From: Nitrospirota bacterium
GTDB taxonomy: Bacteria; Nitrospirota; UBA9217
NCBI GenBank assembly: GCA_963663225.1
Contig: OY760142.1
Coordinates: 2,976,001 to 3,040,000 of the forward strand
Length of the DNA stretch: 64,000 bases
Direction: 5' to 3'
Part shown: piece after piece, positions 54,186 to 64,000 of the stretch
How positions within the stretch are numbered: the first letter of the stretch is position 1
Layout: every line of letters starts with the position of its first letter
Translations under genes and position numbers: made by a program
Notes under the pieces: generated by a model
The model's input: the letters and a program-made list of their open reading frames with translations, nothing else
Told to the model about the DNA's origin: nothing
The model's database searches: none

Positions 54186-54602
54186 ATGAAGATATCTGTT
54201 CCGTTTGCATCATATGATGAACAAAGATACGGCAAACCGTGGGTCGCGGTGATTACCGCCTGGCCGCATGACAGTGATGCCGCGCTCAGATGGGGCGTTT
54301 ATTCCGGCAGTAACAAAGGTGGAGAGGCAGTCGTTGAGGCCTCAGCAGGCGATATAATCCGCTGGGGACAAAAAATCCTTATCGGCAAGCGTATGCAAAC
54401 GCAATCCCATTGGGGCATCGTGGAAGAGGACGGCAGCATAACCGAGTGCACTGCCGGGGATGCAAAGCAGGTATGGGAAAAGCAGTCTGCAACACGGGCA
54501 AAAGACAGCCCGATTGCAGCTGTTCTAGCGGCTATCAGCGATGAGGATTTGATCCTGGAGATTCGGAGACGGGGTCTTCGGACTTACATTAAAAATGAAT
54601 GA
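54186..54602 (+). CDS. Hypothetical protein (possibly phage-derived)
   Basis: 138-aa ORF filling the gap and converging on pyrD with stops 1 nt apart; no recognised catalytic motif. Confidence 0.7.
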   Translation: MKISVPFASYDEQRYGKPWVAVITAWPHDSDAALRWGVYSGSNKGGEAVVEASAGDIIRWGQKILIGKRMQTQSHWGIVEEDGSITECTAGDAKQVWEKQSATRAKDSPIAAVLAAISDEDLILEIRRRGLRTYIKNE

Positions 54603-54603
54603 A

Positions 54604-55566
54604 TTAATTCCTGGCCACTTTCCCGATGATGTCCTTGATGTCCCTGATGCCTTGTTCGATCATCAAGGACTCCATGCCTGAGAGCACATCAAGCGTTGCA
54701 CGGGGATTTACAAAATTGGCCGTCCCGACAGCCACGGCTGACGCTCCCGCAAGAATGAATTCAAGGGCGTCCTCACCCGTTGCAATCCCTCCCATGCCGA
54801 GAATCGGCAGGTGAACAGACTTCGCCACCTGCCACACCATGCGCACGGCCACGGGCTTTATCGCCGGTCCGGACAGACCTCCGGTGCAGTTTGCAAGTCG
54901 GGGCCTCATGCAGCGCACATCAATCGCCATGCCGATGAGCGTATTGATAAGAGACAGGCCGTCACAGCCCGCGTCGCGAGCGGTTCTCGCGAATTCAGTA
55001 ATATCGGTCACGTTCGGCGAGAGCTTCGCGATTATCGGCAGTTTTGTCGCCTTGCGCACCGCCGCCAGCAGTTCGAAGGCCGCTTTCTGGTTCGTGCCGA
55101 ACACAATCCCGCCGGCTTTCACGTTCGGGCAGGAAATATTCACTTCAAGCCCTGCAACACCGGGAACGCCGTCAAGTTTCTCAGCGACCTGCACATACTC
55201 TTCGCAACTGTATCCGAAGATATTGACGATCACCGCAGTGTCGAACTGCCGAAGGTACGGCAATTTCTCGTTCAGAAAAACATCAACGCCCGGATTTTCG
55301 AGCCCGATGGCATTCAGCATGCCTGAGGGGGTTTCCCATATACGCGGCGGAGGATTTCCTTTGATGGGGTTGATTGATATACCCTTGACGATAACTCCAC
55401 CCAGCTTATTCAGGTCGACGAATTCCGCATACTCTTCACCGTAGCCGAATGTCCCGGATGCTGTCAGAATGGGGTTTTTCAGCTTGATTCCGGCAATACT
55501 GACGGAAAGGTCCGGGGTGTGGTTTTTTGATTTCGGACCGCAGGTCCTGTCTTTTTCAGTCTTCAT
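54604..55566 (-). CDS. pyrD: Dihydroorotate dehydrogenase B catalytic subunit
   Basis: ASGTFGYG, GNPPPR, MLNAIGLENPG, NISCPNV, KLSPNV, GGLSGPAIKP. Confidence 0.95.
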   Translation of the reverse strand: MKTEKDRTCGPKSKNHTPDLSVSIAGIKLKNPILTASGTFGYGEEYAEFVDLNKLGGVIVKGISINPIKGNPPPRIWETPSGMLNAIGLENPGVDVFLNEKLPYLRQFDTAVIVNIFGYSCEEYVQVAEKLDGVPGVAGLEVNISCPNVKAGGIVFGTNQKAAFELLAAVRKATKLPIIAKLSPNVTDITEFARTARDAGCDGLSLINTLIGMAIDVRCMRPRLANCTGGLSGPAIKPVAVRMVWQVAKSVHLPILGMGGIATGEDALEFILAGASAVAVGTANFVNPRATLDVLSGMESLMIEQGIRDIKDIIGKVARN

Positions 55567-56443
55567 TCCGCGCTCCGGTCTTGGGGCAGCATTCCAAATC
55601 GGCTGAACAGCATGACTCCTGACTGTCGCCGGCAATGGGAAATCTTGCCTGTCCTCCCCATTCTACATCCCGCGAGTCGAATACCGGCCCCTCTTTGCAC
55701 GCCCGCTTGTATCCGCCCGTCTTCATCGGAATAGAACATCCCATGCACGCGCCGAGGCCGCACCCCATGCGCTCTTCCATCGAAACATAGCATGAGAGAG
55801 AATGTTCCGCGGCCATTTTGCTTACAGCAGCAAGCATGGCATGCGGACCGCAGGCATAAATCACCAGGTGAGCTTTCTTCTCGGTTCTCGTCAAAAATCT
55901 GTTCAGAATATCGGTGGTCATCCCCTTTACGCCCATGCTGCCGTCTTCCGTGGCTATGTGCACCGTGGAGCAGCATTCGCGGAAACGGTTCAAGACTCTT
56001 GAGGGGGGCAGACAGTCCTTGTATCGGGAGCCGACAAACAAATGCACAGCGCCCTTTACCCGCTGAGACAGAAACTGGAGCGGAGGAAAACCGCTGCCGC
56101 CCGCCACCAGCACCGCGGTTTCCTCTTTTTTCGGCAGAGCAAAACCATTGCCGAGCGGCCCGAGAAACTGGAGCGTGCGCCCCGCCTCCATTCGCGTAAG
56201 AAGCGCGGTCCCCCTGCCCGCGATCCGGTACAGGATTTCAATGGTCGAGCGGGACGGAACGGATGCGATGCCGAACGGGCGTGCCAGCAGCGGGTCCAGA
56301 TTTTCCGACACTCTGAGCATAACAAAGTGTCCGGGGCGCGCCGTTGCTGCCGCCGCAGGGGCTTTCAGGATCAGCCGGTAATAACCTCTGCCAGCGGATT
56401 CGTGTGTAAGGACAATCCCCGTGTGCAGTCTAGAGGGCCTCAA
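55556..56443 (-). CDS. pyrK: Dihydroorotate dehydrogenase electron-transfer subunit
   Basis: RPFG, GPLGNGF, AGGSG, YACGP, EERMGCGLGACMGC...CKEGPVF [2Fe-2S] motif. Confidence 0.92.
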   Translation of the reverse strand: MRPSRLHTGIVLTHESAGRGYYRLILKAPAAAATARPGHFVMLRVSENLDPLLARPFGIASVPSRSTIEILYRIAGRGTALLTRMEAGRTLQFLGPLGNGFALPKKEETAVLVAGGSGFPPLQFLSQRVKGAVHLFVGSRYKDCLPPSRVLNRFRECCSTVHIATEDGSMGVKGMTTDILNRFLTRTEKKAHLVIYACGPHAMLAAVSKMAAEHSLSCYVSMEERMGCGLGACMGCSIPMKTGGYKRACKEGPVFDSRDVEWGGQARFPIAGDSQESCCSADLECCPKTGARNED

Positions 56444-56912
56444 TCTGGATCTCCTGGATTTCGTATTCGACGGTTTTGACGGGTGTTTTGATGGTCACAA
56501 CATCGCCGACCTTGTGACTGATCAAGGCCTTTCCCACAGGCGACTGCACTGAAATTCTCCCTTTTTTAAGGTCTGCCTCTTCCTGTCCCACGAGAGTATA
56601 CTTTCTGATATCGCCTGACTCCGTGTCGGCCAGGACTACCGTGGAACCGAACACTACTTTTTCATTTGAGAGCTTGGACACGTCGATAATCTGCGCATGG
56701 GCCAGTTTATGTTCCAGCTCGCGTTTTTTTGCGTCGAGGTGCCCCTGACGTTCTTTTGCGGCATGATATTCCGCGTTCTCCGATAAATCGCCGTGGGCAC
56801 GCGCTTCTTCGATGTCCCGAATATTTTTGGGACGCTCCACCTTGATAATGTGGTCGAGCTCCGCCTTCAGCTTTGCATAACCTTCTTTGGTCATAGGTAT
56901 TTTCTGCGTCAT
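56430..56912 (-). CDS. greA: Transcription elongation factor GreA
   Basis: [29 protein letters not shown]. Confidence 0.97.
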   Translation of the reverse strand: MTQKIPMTKEGYAKLKAELDHIIKVERPKNIRDIEEARAHGDLSENAEYHAAKERQGHLDAKKRELEHKLAHAQIIDVSKLSNEKVVFGSTVVLADTESGDIRKYTLVGQEEADLKKGRISVQSPVGKALISHKVGDVVTIKTPVKTVEYEIQEIQIEAL

Positions 56913-59900
56913 GATGTATGATACTCCTGAATGGACTTTACCTGCAGGTGGTTCTTTTTGATTGCCGCAATGCCGCGCACCGCAGCCTTGGCCGCTGAAA
57001 GCGTTGTAAAATAGGGAATCCCTTTCATAAGCGTCGTGCGCCGGATCGAGTAGGAATCCTTTTGCGATTGGGCTCCATACACGGTATTGATCACAAAATC
57101 CACCTGCATGTCCGTGATCTGGTCCACGATGTGCGGCCTGCCTTCGGTCACCTTGTTGACGGTTTCCACGGTGATTCCCTGCCGTTTCAAAAAATCCGCG
57201 GTGCCCCTTGTCGCAACCAGTGAAAATCCCATTTGTTCGAGCCCCTTCGCCACCTCAAGCAGGCCGGATTTGTCTTTGTCCTTAACGCTCAGAAACACGC
57301 GGCCAGACTCCGGCATGGGATTGCCCGCTGCAATCTGTGATTTTGCAAACGACATTCCGAAATCCGTGTCGATTCCCATCACTTCACCGGTGGATTTCAT
57401 TTCCGGTCCGAGGAGTGTGTCCACGCCGGGAAATTTGGCGAAGGGGAAAACCGCTTCCTTCACCGCAATATGCTTGATCTCTTTTTCCTTCGTAAACCCG
57501 AGTTCCGCGAGTGTTCTTCCGCCCATCACTTTGGCGGCAAGTTTGGCAAGCGGCACGCCGATGGCCTTGCTTACGAAGGGAACTGTTCGGGAAGCGCGGG
57601 GATTGACCTCAAGAATATAGATCCGTCCTTCTTTCACGGCGAACTGGATGTTCATTAAACCGACCACTCCCAGCTCAAGCGCGAGCGCCTTTGCCTGCCG
57701 GCTGATTTCTTTCACAATATCCTGGGGAAGCGAAAAAGGAGGCAGTGAACACGCGGAATCTCCGGAGTGGACTCCCGCCTCTTCAATGTGCTCCATGATT
57801 CCCGCGACCACCACCGTTTTCCCGTCGGAGATAGCATCGACGTCGATTTCCACTGCGTCTTCCAGATACTTGTCAACGAGCACCGGCCGCTCCGGAGAGG
57901 CCTTCACGGCGCGGGACATGTAATCACGCACGCTTTCCTCGTCATAAACGATTTCCATGGCCCTGCCGCCGAGCACGTACGACGGACGGACCATTACCGG
58001 ATATCCGATGCGGTTCGCTATCGCCACGGCTTCATCCCGGGAAACCGCCGTGCCGCTCTCCGGCTGAAGAAGGTTTAATTTGTCCAGAAGCTCTTTAAAG
58101 CGCTTCCTGTCTTCAGCGCGGTCTATGCTGTCAGGCGAGGTACCGAGGATGCGGACCCCTTCTTTTTCGAGAGGTACGGCGAGTTTGAGCGGGGTCTGGC
58201 CTCCAAACTGCACGATCACGCCTTCCGGTTTCTCCCGATGTATGATATGCAAAACATCTTCGAGTGTCAAGGGTTCGAAATACAACCGGTCGGACGTATC
58301 ATAGTCCGTACTCACGGTCTCCGGATTGCAATTTACCATGATGGCCTCGTAGCCGTCGTCTTTAAGCGCGAAGGCTGCATGAACGCAGCAATAATCGAAT
58401 TCAATGCCCTGACCAATCCTGTTCGGCCCGCCGCCGAGGATCACGATCTTTTTGCGGTCCGTGGGTTTCGCTTCACTTTCCGCTTGTGCGTCCGCAGCGC
58501 CCGGCTCCTGATTGCCGAGTCTATAAAAAGGTTTTTCGTAGGTGGAATATAAATATGGTGTGTGCGCCTCAAACTCCGCTGCGCAGGTGTCTACGGTTTT
58601 AAATACCGGGATGATGCCGAGTTCCACGCGCTTTTTGCGAATTGTTTCTTCTGTCGTCCCGAGTAAAGCGGCAAGCCTGCGGTCTGAGAACCCGAATTCT
58701 TTTGCCTGCCTGAGCGGATGGTTGAAAACAGAAGCAATGCTGCTCAGAAGGGACGTTCCCTGATCGCGGATTTCTTTTTCCCGGTCGACAATCTGTTTGA
58801 TCTGGTGCAGGAACCAGAGGTCTATTTTGGAAAGCTCGAACACTTCGTCCACACCCATCCCGATCCGAAACGCATCCGCGATATACCATATTCGCTCCCA
58901 GTTCGGAACGCTTATCTTCTGCCGGACATCCGCCACCCCATGCTCTTTTTCTCCATGGCGTTCTCGGTGGGACTCCAACCCATAGCGGTCAATTTCCATG
59001 GATCGGAGCGCTTTCTGAAGCGCCTCCTTGAATGTCCTGCCGATGGACATGGCCTCACCCACGGATTTCATCTGGGTGTTGAGTGTGGCGTCCGCCTGCG
59101 GGAATTTTTCGAAGGCAAAACGGGGGAATTTGACGACCACGTAATCGATAGTCGGTTCAAAAGACGCCGGTGTGGCCTTGGTGATGTCGTTTGTAATCTC
59201 ATCGAGGGAGTATCCGACGGCAAGTTTTGCCGCTATTTTTGCGATGGCAAAACCTGTCGCCTTGGAGGCGAGCGCCGAACTTCGCGACACCCGCGGGTTC
59301 ATTTCAATAATGACCAGCCTGCCGTTATCCGGATTGATGCCAAATTGAATGTTCGACCCCCCGGTGTCCACGCCGATTTCCCGTATGATGCGCAGCGAAG
59401 CGTCGCGCATGATCTGATATTCCTTGTCGGTCAGCGTCTGGGCAGGAGCCACGGTGATGCTGTCGCCCGTGTGGACACCCATGGGGTCCAGGTTTTCGAT
59501 GGAACAGACGATGACCACGTTGTCATGCATGTCCCGCATCACTTCGAGCTCGAATTCCTTCCACCCGACAACGGACTCTTCGATCAGCACCTGGTGCACC
59601 GGGCTGGCTTCAAGGCCCCGGGTAATCAGATCGTTGAATTCTTCCCGGTTGTACGCGATACCGCCGCCCGTTCCTCCAAGCGTGAAAGCAGGACGAAGAA
59701 TCGCCGGAAAACCGATCTGTTCGAGAATCTCATTGGCTTGTTTCATGTTCGTTGCGAAACCGCTCTTGGGCACCTCAAGACCTATCTTCTGCATCGCGTT
59801 CTTGAACAGCTCGCGGTCTTCCGCTTTTTTTATCGCGGGAAGCTTGGCGCCGATCAGTTCGACATTGAACTCCTCCAGCACTCCCATTTCAGCAAGCTTT

Positions 59901-60199
59901 ACCGCCGTATTAAGCGCGGTCTGGCCTCCCATGGTCGGAAGCAGCGCGTCCGGGCGTTCCCGTTCAATGATTGTGGCCACCACGTCAGGCGTAATCGGCT
60001 CAATATAGGTCCGGTGCGCCATCTCCGGGTCGGTCATGATCGTGGCGGGGTTCGAGTTGATCAGCACGATTTCATACCCTTCCTCGCGAAGCGCCTTGCA
60101 CGCCTGCACGCCCGAATAGTCGAATTCGCAGGCTTGCCCGATCACAATCGGGCCCGATCCGATGATCAGTATTTTCTTTATGTCTGTTCGTTTCGGCAT
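56909..60199 (-). CDS. carB: Carbamoyl-phosphate synthase large subunit
   Basis: [30 protein letters not shown], duplicated ATP-grasp domains, [18 protein letters not shown] domain. Confidence 0.98.
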   Translation of the reverse strand: MPKRTDIKKILIIGSGPIVIGQACEFDYSGVQACKALREEGYEIVLINSNPATIMTDPEMAHRTYIEPITPDVVATIIERERPDALLPTMGGQTALNTAVKLAEMGVLEEFNVELIGAKLPAIKKAEDRELFKNAMQKIGLEVPKSGFATNMKQANEILEQIGFPAILRPAFTLGGTGGGIAYNREEFNDLITRGLEASPVHQVLIEESVVGWKEFELEVMRDMHDNVVIVCSIENLDPMGVHTGDSITVAPAQTLTDKEYQIMRDASLRIIREIGVDTGGSNIQFGINPDNGRLVIIEMNPRVSRSSALASKATGFAIAKIAAKLAVGYSLDEITNDITKATPASFEPTIDYVVVKFPRFAFEKFPQADATLNTQMKSVGEAMSIGRTFKEALQKALRSMEIDRYGLESHRERHGEKEHGVADVRQKISVPNWERIWYIADAFRIGMGVDEVFELSKIDLWFLHQIKQIVDREKEIRDQGTSLLSSIASVFNHPLRQAKEFGFSDRRLAALLGTTEETIRKKRVELGIIPVFKTVDTCAAEFEAHTPYLYSTYEKPFYRLGNQEPGAADAQAESEAKPTDRKKIVILGGGPNRIGQGIEFDYCCVHAAFALKDDGYEAIMVNCNPETVSTDYDTSDRLYFEPLTLEDVLHIIHREKPEGVIVQFGGQTPLKLAVPLEKEGVRILGTSPDSIDRAEDRKRFKELLDKLNLLQPESGTAVSRDEAVAIANRIGYPVMVRPSYVLGGRAMEIVYDEESVRDYMSRAVKASPERPVLVDKYLEDAVEIDVDAISDGKTVVVAGIMEHIEEAGVHSGDSACSLPPFSLPQDIVKEISRQAKALALELGVVGLMNIQFAVKEGRIYILEVNPRASRTVPFVSKAIGVPLAKLAAKVMGGRTLAELGFTKEKEIKHIAVKEAVFPFAKFPGVDTLLGPEMKSTGEVMGIDTDFGMSFAKSQIAAGNPMPESGRVFLSVKDKDKSGLLEVAKGLEQMGFSLVATRGTADFLKRQGITVETVNKVTEGRPHIVDQITDMQVDFVINTVYGAQSQKDSYSIRRTTLMKGIPYFTTLSAAKAAVRGIAAIKKNHLQVKSIQEYHTS

Positions 60200-60228
60200 T
60201 TATCGTTTCCCTACCTTACATTTTTCAT

Positions 60229-61158
60229 TCACGCATCATGTTCCTGCACCCATCCGTTTTCCAAACCATACCGCTGCATGATCTCATAGGCTTCATCATG
60301 CTCCGCCGCTGTAATTCTGCGCGACAACTCTTGCATTGTATGCGCCTTGTACGCCGGGAAATACTGGGACATGAGGCTGATATATACATCCTTCGATATT
60401 TCCTCGGCAAGAAATTTCATGACCGGTTCCGTCCCGGACCCCCCATCGGGAAGAACAAGATGCCGGACAATGAGGCCCCGTTTTGCGATTCCCTGCTCAT
60501 CCACCACCAGGTTGCCGACCTGGCGAAACATCTCCCTGATTGCCGCCCGGTTTATCTCCGGATAATCCGCCACACCGGAATACCGCGCTGAAACGGCACC
60601 ATCCGAGTACCGCATGTCCGGAAGATAGATGTCCACGATGCCGTCAAGCAGATGAAGCGCCTCCAGCGACTCATAGCCGTTCGTATTATAGACTATCGGC
60701 AAGTCAAACCCCTGACTTCGGGCAATGCCGAGCGATTTCAGAATCTGCGGCATATAATGCGACGGCGTTACCAGGTTTACGTTATGGCAGCCTTTTTCCT
60801 GCAACCAGAGCATCTGGCCGGCGAGCTCTTCCGGATTTTTTTCTACACCATTGCCCATCTGGCTGATTGGATAATTCTGGCAATACACGCAGCGGAGATT
60901 ACAGTTCGCTAGAAAAATCGTGCCGGAACCCCGGAAACCGGAAATCGGCGGCTCCTCGCCGTGGTGTGCGTTCACACTCGACACCAGCGGATTCAGGCCC
61001 GACCTGCAGAAGCCCGACTTGTCGTTCTTCAGTCGGTCGACTCCGCATGTGCGCGGACAGACTCGACAACCCTGTAGCAGACTATAAGCGGCTTCAATCC
61101 GCTTTTGTAATTCGGCATCGGAAATCATCACAAGAAACTGGTTTGCAGTCCTTTTCAA
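60229..61158 (-). CDS. Radical SAM protein, PflX-like
   Basis: CRVCPRTC...C, HHGEEPPISG..GSGTIF, CNLRCVYCQN, NLVTP, VRHLVLP, MSQYFP. Confidence 0.87.
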   Translation of the reverse strand: MKRTANQFLVMISDAELQKRIEAAYSLLQGCRVCPRTCGVDRLKNDKSGFCRSGLNPLVSSVNAHHGEEPPISGFRGSGTIFLANCNLRCVYCQNYPISQMGNGVEKNPEELAGQMLWLQEKGCHNVNLVTPSHYMPQILKSLGIARSQGFDLPIVYNTNGYESLEALHLLDGIVDIYLPDMRYSDGAVSARYSGVADYPEINRAAIREMFRQVGNLVVDEQGIAKRGLIVRHLVLPDGGSGTEPVMKFLAEEISKDVYISLMSQYFPAYKAHTMQELSRRITAAEHDEAYEIMQRYGLENGWVQEHDA

Positions 61159-61190
61159 CCTTGCTCTATCGAATTCTGAAACAGTGTACT

Positions 61191-62318
61191 TCAGCGTTTC
61201 TCTCTATGCTTTTCCATCATATCGGTAAATCGCTTGAACAGATATCTGCTGTCGTGCGGTCCCGGTGACGCTTCGGGATGATACTGGACCGAAAAGGCGG
61301 GCAGCGTCTTGTGCTGAAAACCTTCGCAGGTTTTGTCATTGAGGTTCATATGCGTCATCACAACCTGGTCTTTCACCGTGTCCATGTCCACGGCAAAACC
61401 GTGGTTCTCCGCGGCAATCTCTACTTTACGCGTCGTCAGATCCATAATCGGCTGGTTGCCACCGTGGTGGCCGAATTTGAGCTTGTACGTTTTGCCGCCG
61501 AGTGCAAGACCCAGCAGTTGCTGGCCCAGACAAATGCCGAAAATGGGTTTTTTGCCGAGCAGTTTTCTGATATTTTCGATTGCATAGGTCACCGGTTCCG
61601 GGTCACCGGGTCCGTTGGAAAGAAAAATTCCGTCCGGTCTCATGGCAAGCACGTCCTCAGCTGACATCGTAGCCGGAACAATGGTCACATCGCACCCTGC
61701 GCCGGTGAGCAACCGGAGAATATTGCGTTTGATGCCGTAGTCATAGGCAACAACCTTATATCGGGCAGCAGGTTTTTTCGCATATCCCTTGCCCAGGTTC
61801 CAATCCCCTTCCTCCCAGGTGTATGGCTCTTTGCAGGTAACGTCCTTGGCCAGATCAAGTCCGCTCATTTTGGGAAGCGCTTTTGCTTTTGCCACAAGGC
61901 TTTCAGGGTTCAGATCGCGCGTGGAAATCACCCCCGGCTGCGCCCCGAAGTCGCGAAGATGGCGGGTGAGCGCCCGCGTGTCAATGCCTTGAATGCCGAC
62001 GATGCCGTTTTCCTCAAGATAGGCCTGAAGGGACTTGTTCATCCGCCAGCTGCTCGGAAAATCAAGGTGTTCCTTCGCGATAAAACCCTCCACGTACGGC
62101 TTGATTGACTCAACATCTTCACTGTTCACGCCGTAGTTTCCCATCTGCGTATACGTCATCGTGACGATCTGACCTTTATACGAGGGATCGGTCAGAATTT
62201 CCTGATACCCGATCATGCTCGTGTTGAAGACCACTTCCCCGGATGTTTCGCCTTCAGCACCGAACGAACATCCTTCAAATATCAAACCATCAGCCAATGC
62301 AAGGAGAGCTCTTTTCAT
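61191..62318 (-). CDS. carA: Carbamoyl-phosphate synthase small subunit
   Basis: [32 protein letters not shown]. Confidence 0.97.
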   Translation of the reverse strand: MKRALLALADGLIFEGCSFGAEGETSGEVVFNTSMIGYQEILTDPSYKGQIVTMTYTQMGNYGVNSEDVESIKPYVEGFIAKEHLDFPSSWRMNKSLQAYLEENGIVGIQGIDTRALTRHLRDFGAQPGVISTRDLNPESLVAKAKALPKMSGLDLAKDVTCKEPYTWEEGDWNLGKGYAKKPAARYKVVAYDYGIKRNILRLLTGAGCDVTIVPATMSAEDVLAMRPDGIFLSNGPGDPEPVTYAIENIRKLLGKKPIFGICLGQQLLGLALGGKTYKLKFGHHGGNQPIMDLTTRKVEIAAENHGFAVDMDTVKDQVVMTHMNLNDKTCEGFQHKTLPAFSVQYHPEASPGPHDSRYLFKRFTDMMEKHREKR

Positions 62319-62368
62319 ATTTTATTTTCCTTTAATCCGCATTTCAAAATCAGAAAACCGAACTTCGA

Positions 62369-63655
62369 TCATGATTCCCGCCCTGCCGATAGAGTACCGC
62401 CCACAATCGTCTGTACGATTCTGCCCTTGAGTTTCCATCCATGAAAAGGTGAGTTTTTTGCTTTTGATTTGGACTGTGCTATGTCCACGACCCACTCCTC
62501 GCACGGGTCGACAATCGTGATATCAGCGTCAGCGCCGGCCGAAAGGGTCCCCTTGCTGAGTTTCAGCACAGTCGCCGGGTTGCAACTGAGTTTGCGAATC
62601 GCCTCGGACATAGAGAGGACTCCTTCGTCCACCAGTTTATACGTAAGCCCAAACGCCGTTTCCAGTCCGATTATTCCGAAGGGGGCGGCATCAAGCGGTT
62701 TTTGCTTTTCCTCATCGCTATGCGGTGCGTGGTCTGTGGCGATCACGTCTATCGTGCCGTCCCGCAGGCCTTGTTTAACCGCCGTAACGTCGCGTGCCGT
62801 GCGGAGCGGAGGGTTCATTTTTGCGAGCGTGCCGTAGTCCCTCACCGCTTCATCGGTCAGGGTGAAATAGTGGGGGCCGGTCTCGGCAGTAACGTTCACG
62901 CCGCGAGCTTTCGCATCACGAACAAGTCGGATGGAACCGGCCGTGCTGACATGCGCGATATGCAGACGACAACCCGTCAATTCCGCCAGTGCAATGTCCC
63001 TCGCTACCATGATATCTTCTGCTACGTCGGGAATACCCCGCAGACCGAGCGCTGTGGAAACGGTGCCTTCGTTCAGGACGCCACGATCTGCAAGACTGCT
63101 GTCTTCACAGTGTGAGATGACAAGAAGATCCAGACCGGCCGCGAGGTCCATGGCGCGGCGCATGACAGCCGAATTCATGACCGGCCTGCCGTCATCGGAC
63201 ACGGCAACGCAACCTGCCGCCTGAAGCCCGGCCAGATCAGCGAGTTCTTCGCCTTTTGAATTTCTGGTGATCGCGCCGATGGGGAAAACTCTCGTGGAGG
63301 CACGCCTAGCCTGGGTCAGGATGAATTTCGTGACTGACGGATCATCATTCACCGGGTTCGTGTTCGGCATGCAGCAGACCGAAGTAAAGCCTCCGGCCTT
63401 TGCCGCGGCTGTGCCGGTCTCGATTGTTTCCTTGTATTCGAATCCGGGTTCGCGGAGATGCACATGCATGTCTATAAGGCCCGGCACAATGATCTTATTC
63501 TGGGCATCAATGACCTGCGCTCTTTCCACCGGAAAAGAGCCTGGTTTCTTGATCCCGGCAATCCGGCAGTCGGATATTAAAAGGTCAAGTCTTGCTTCAA
63601 TATTATTCGCTGGATCGATTATCAGTCCGTTTTTAACAAGAATATTCATGGACAA
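62369..63655 (-). CDS. pyrC: Dihydroorotase (long type I form)
   Basis: DMHVHLREPG, MPNTNP, KMNPPLR, ATDHAPH, SKAKNSPF. Confidence 0.95.
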   Translation of the reverse strand: MSMNILVKNGLIIDPANNIEARLDLLISDCRIAGIKKPGSFPVERAQVIDAQNKIIVPGLIDMHVHLREPGFEYKETIETGTAAAKAGGFTSVCCMPNTNPVNDDPSVTKFILTQARRASTRVFPIGAITRNSKGEELADLAGLQAAGCVAVSDDGRPVMNSAVMRRAMDLAAGLDLLVISHCEDSSLADRGVLNEGTVSTALGLRGIPDVAEDIMVARDIALAELTGCRLHIAHVSTAGSIRLVRDAKARGVNVTAETGPHYFTLTDEAVRDYGTLAKMNPPLRTARDVTAVKQGLRDGTIDVIATDHAPHSDEEKQKPLDAAPFGIIGLETAFGLTYKLVDEGVLSMSEAIRKLSCNPATVLKLSKGTLSAGADADITIVDPCEEWVVDIAQSKSKAKNSPFHGWKLKGRIVQTIVGGTLSAGRES

Positions 63656-63658
63656 TCG

Positions 63659-64000
<342 letters not shown>

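Noticed and set aside
58718-60289. 523-aa plus-strand ORF
   Set aside because: Almost entirely antisense to carB, with no motifs; a typical shadow ORF of a conserved gene.

Overview
Bacterial chromosomal window from what looks like an anaerobic diderm (Nitrospirota- or Desulfobacterota-like gene repertoire; this is an inference). Almost all genes lie on the minus strand. (1) 92-28253: a 27-gene, largely translationally coupled type II PKS/FAS lipid cluster that combines aryl-polyene-type parts with ladderane-island-type parts. It has 3 active KS, 2 Cys-less KS/chain-length factors, 3 carrier proteins, 2 acyl-AMP ligases, 3 acyltransferases, GT2-DUF2062, LolA/MMPL export, a CrtI-like flavoprotein, 3 B12-dependent radical SAM enzymes, and an unusual radical SAM/SPASM enzyme fused to a hot-dog dehydratase domain. 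This cluster is the best candidate for an undescribed system. (2) 28379-31739: an archaeal/eukaryote-type phenylalanyl-tRNA synthetase (pheST). (3) 31816-38239: SPOR protein, queA, TPR-peptidase, Cys-rich protein, yjbQ, Na/Pi cotransporter, hypBA. (4) 38414-43962: a six-subunit Ech hydrogenase operon with tandem sigma54- and sigma70-like promoters. (5) 44193-47744: DHH/CBS tRNA nucleotidyltransferase and xerD. (6) 47745-54603: an accessory patch with a lipoprotein, another B12 radical SAM, a 59-aa ORF missed by the ORF track, a PocR/PAS hybrid kinase and a phage-like hypothetical. (7) 54604-64000: pyrimidine operon pyrR(partial)-pyrC-carA-rSAM-carB-greA-pyrK-pyrD, with no pyrB in its usual slot. 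No rRNA, tRNA, CRISPR array or transposase was seen. All calls come from motif recognition by eye; no database search was run.
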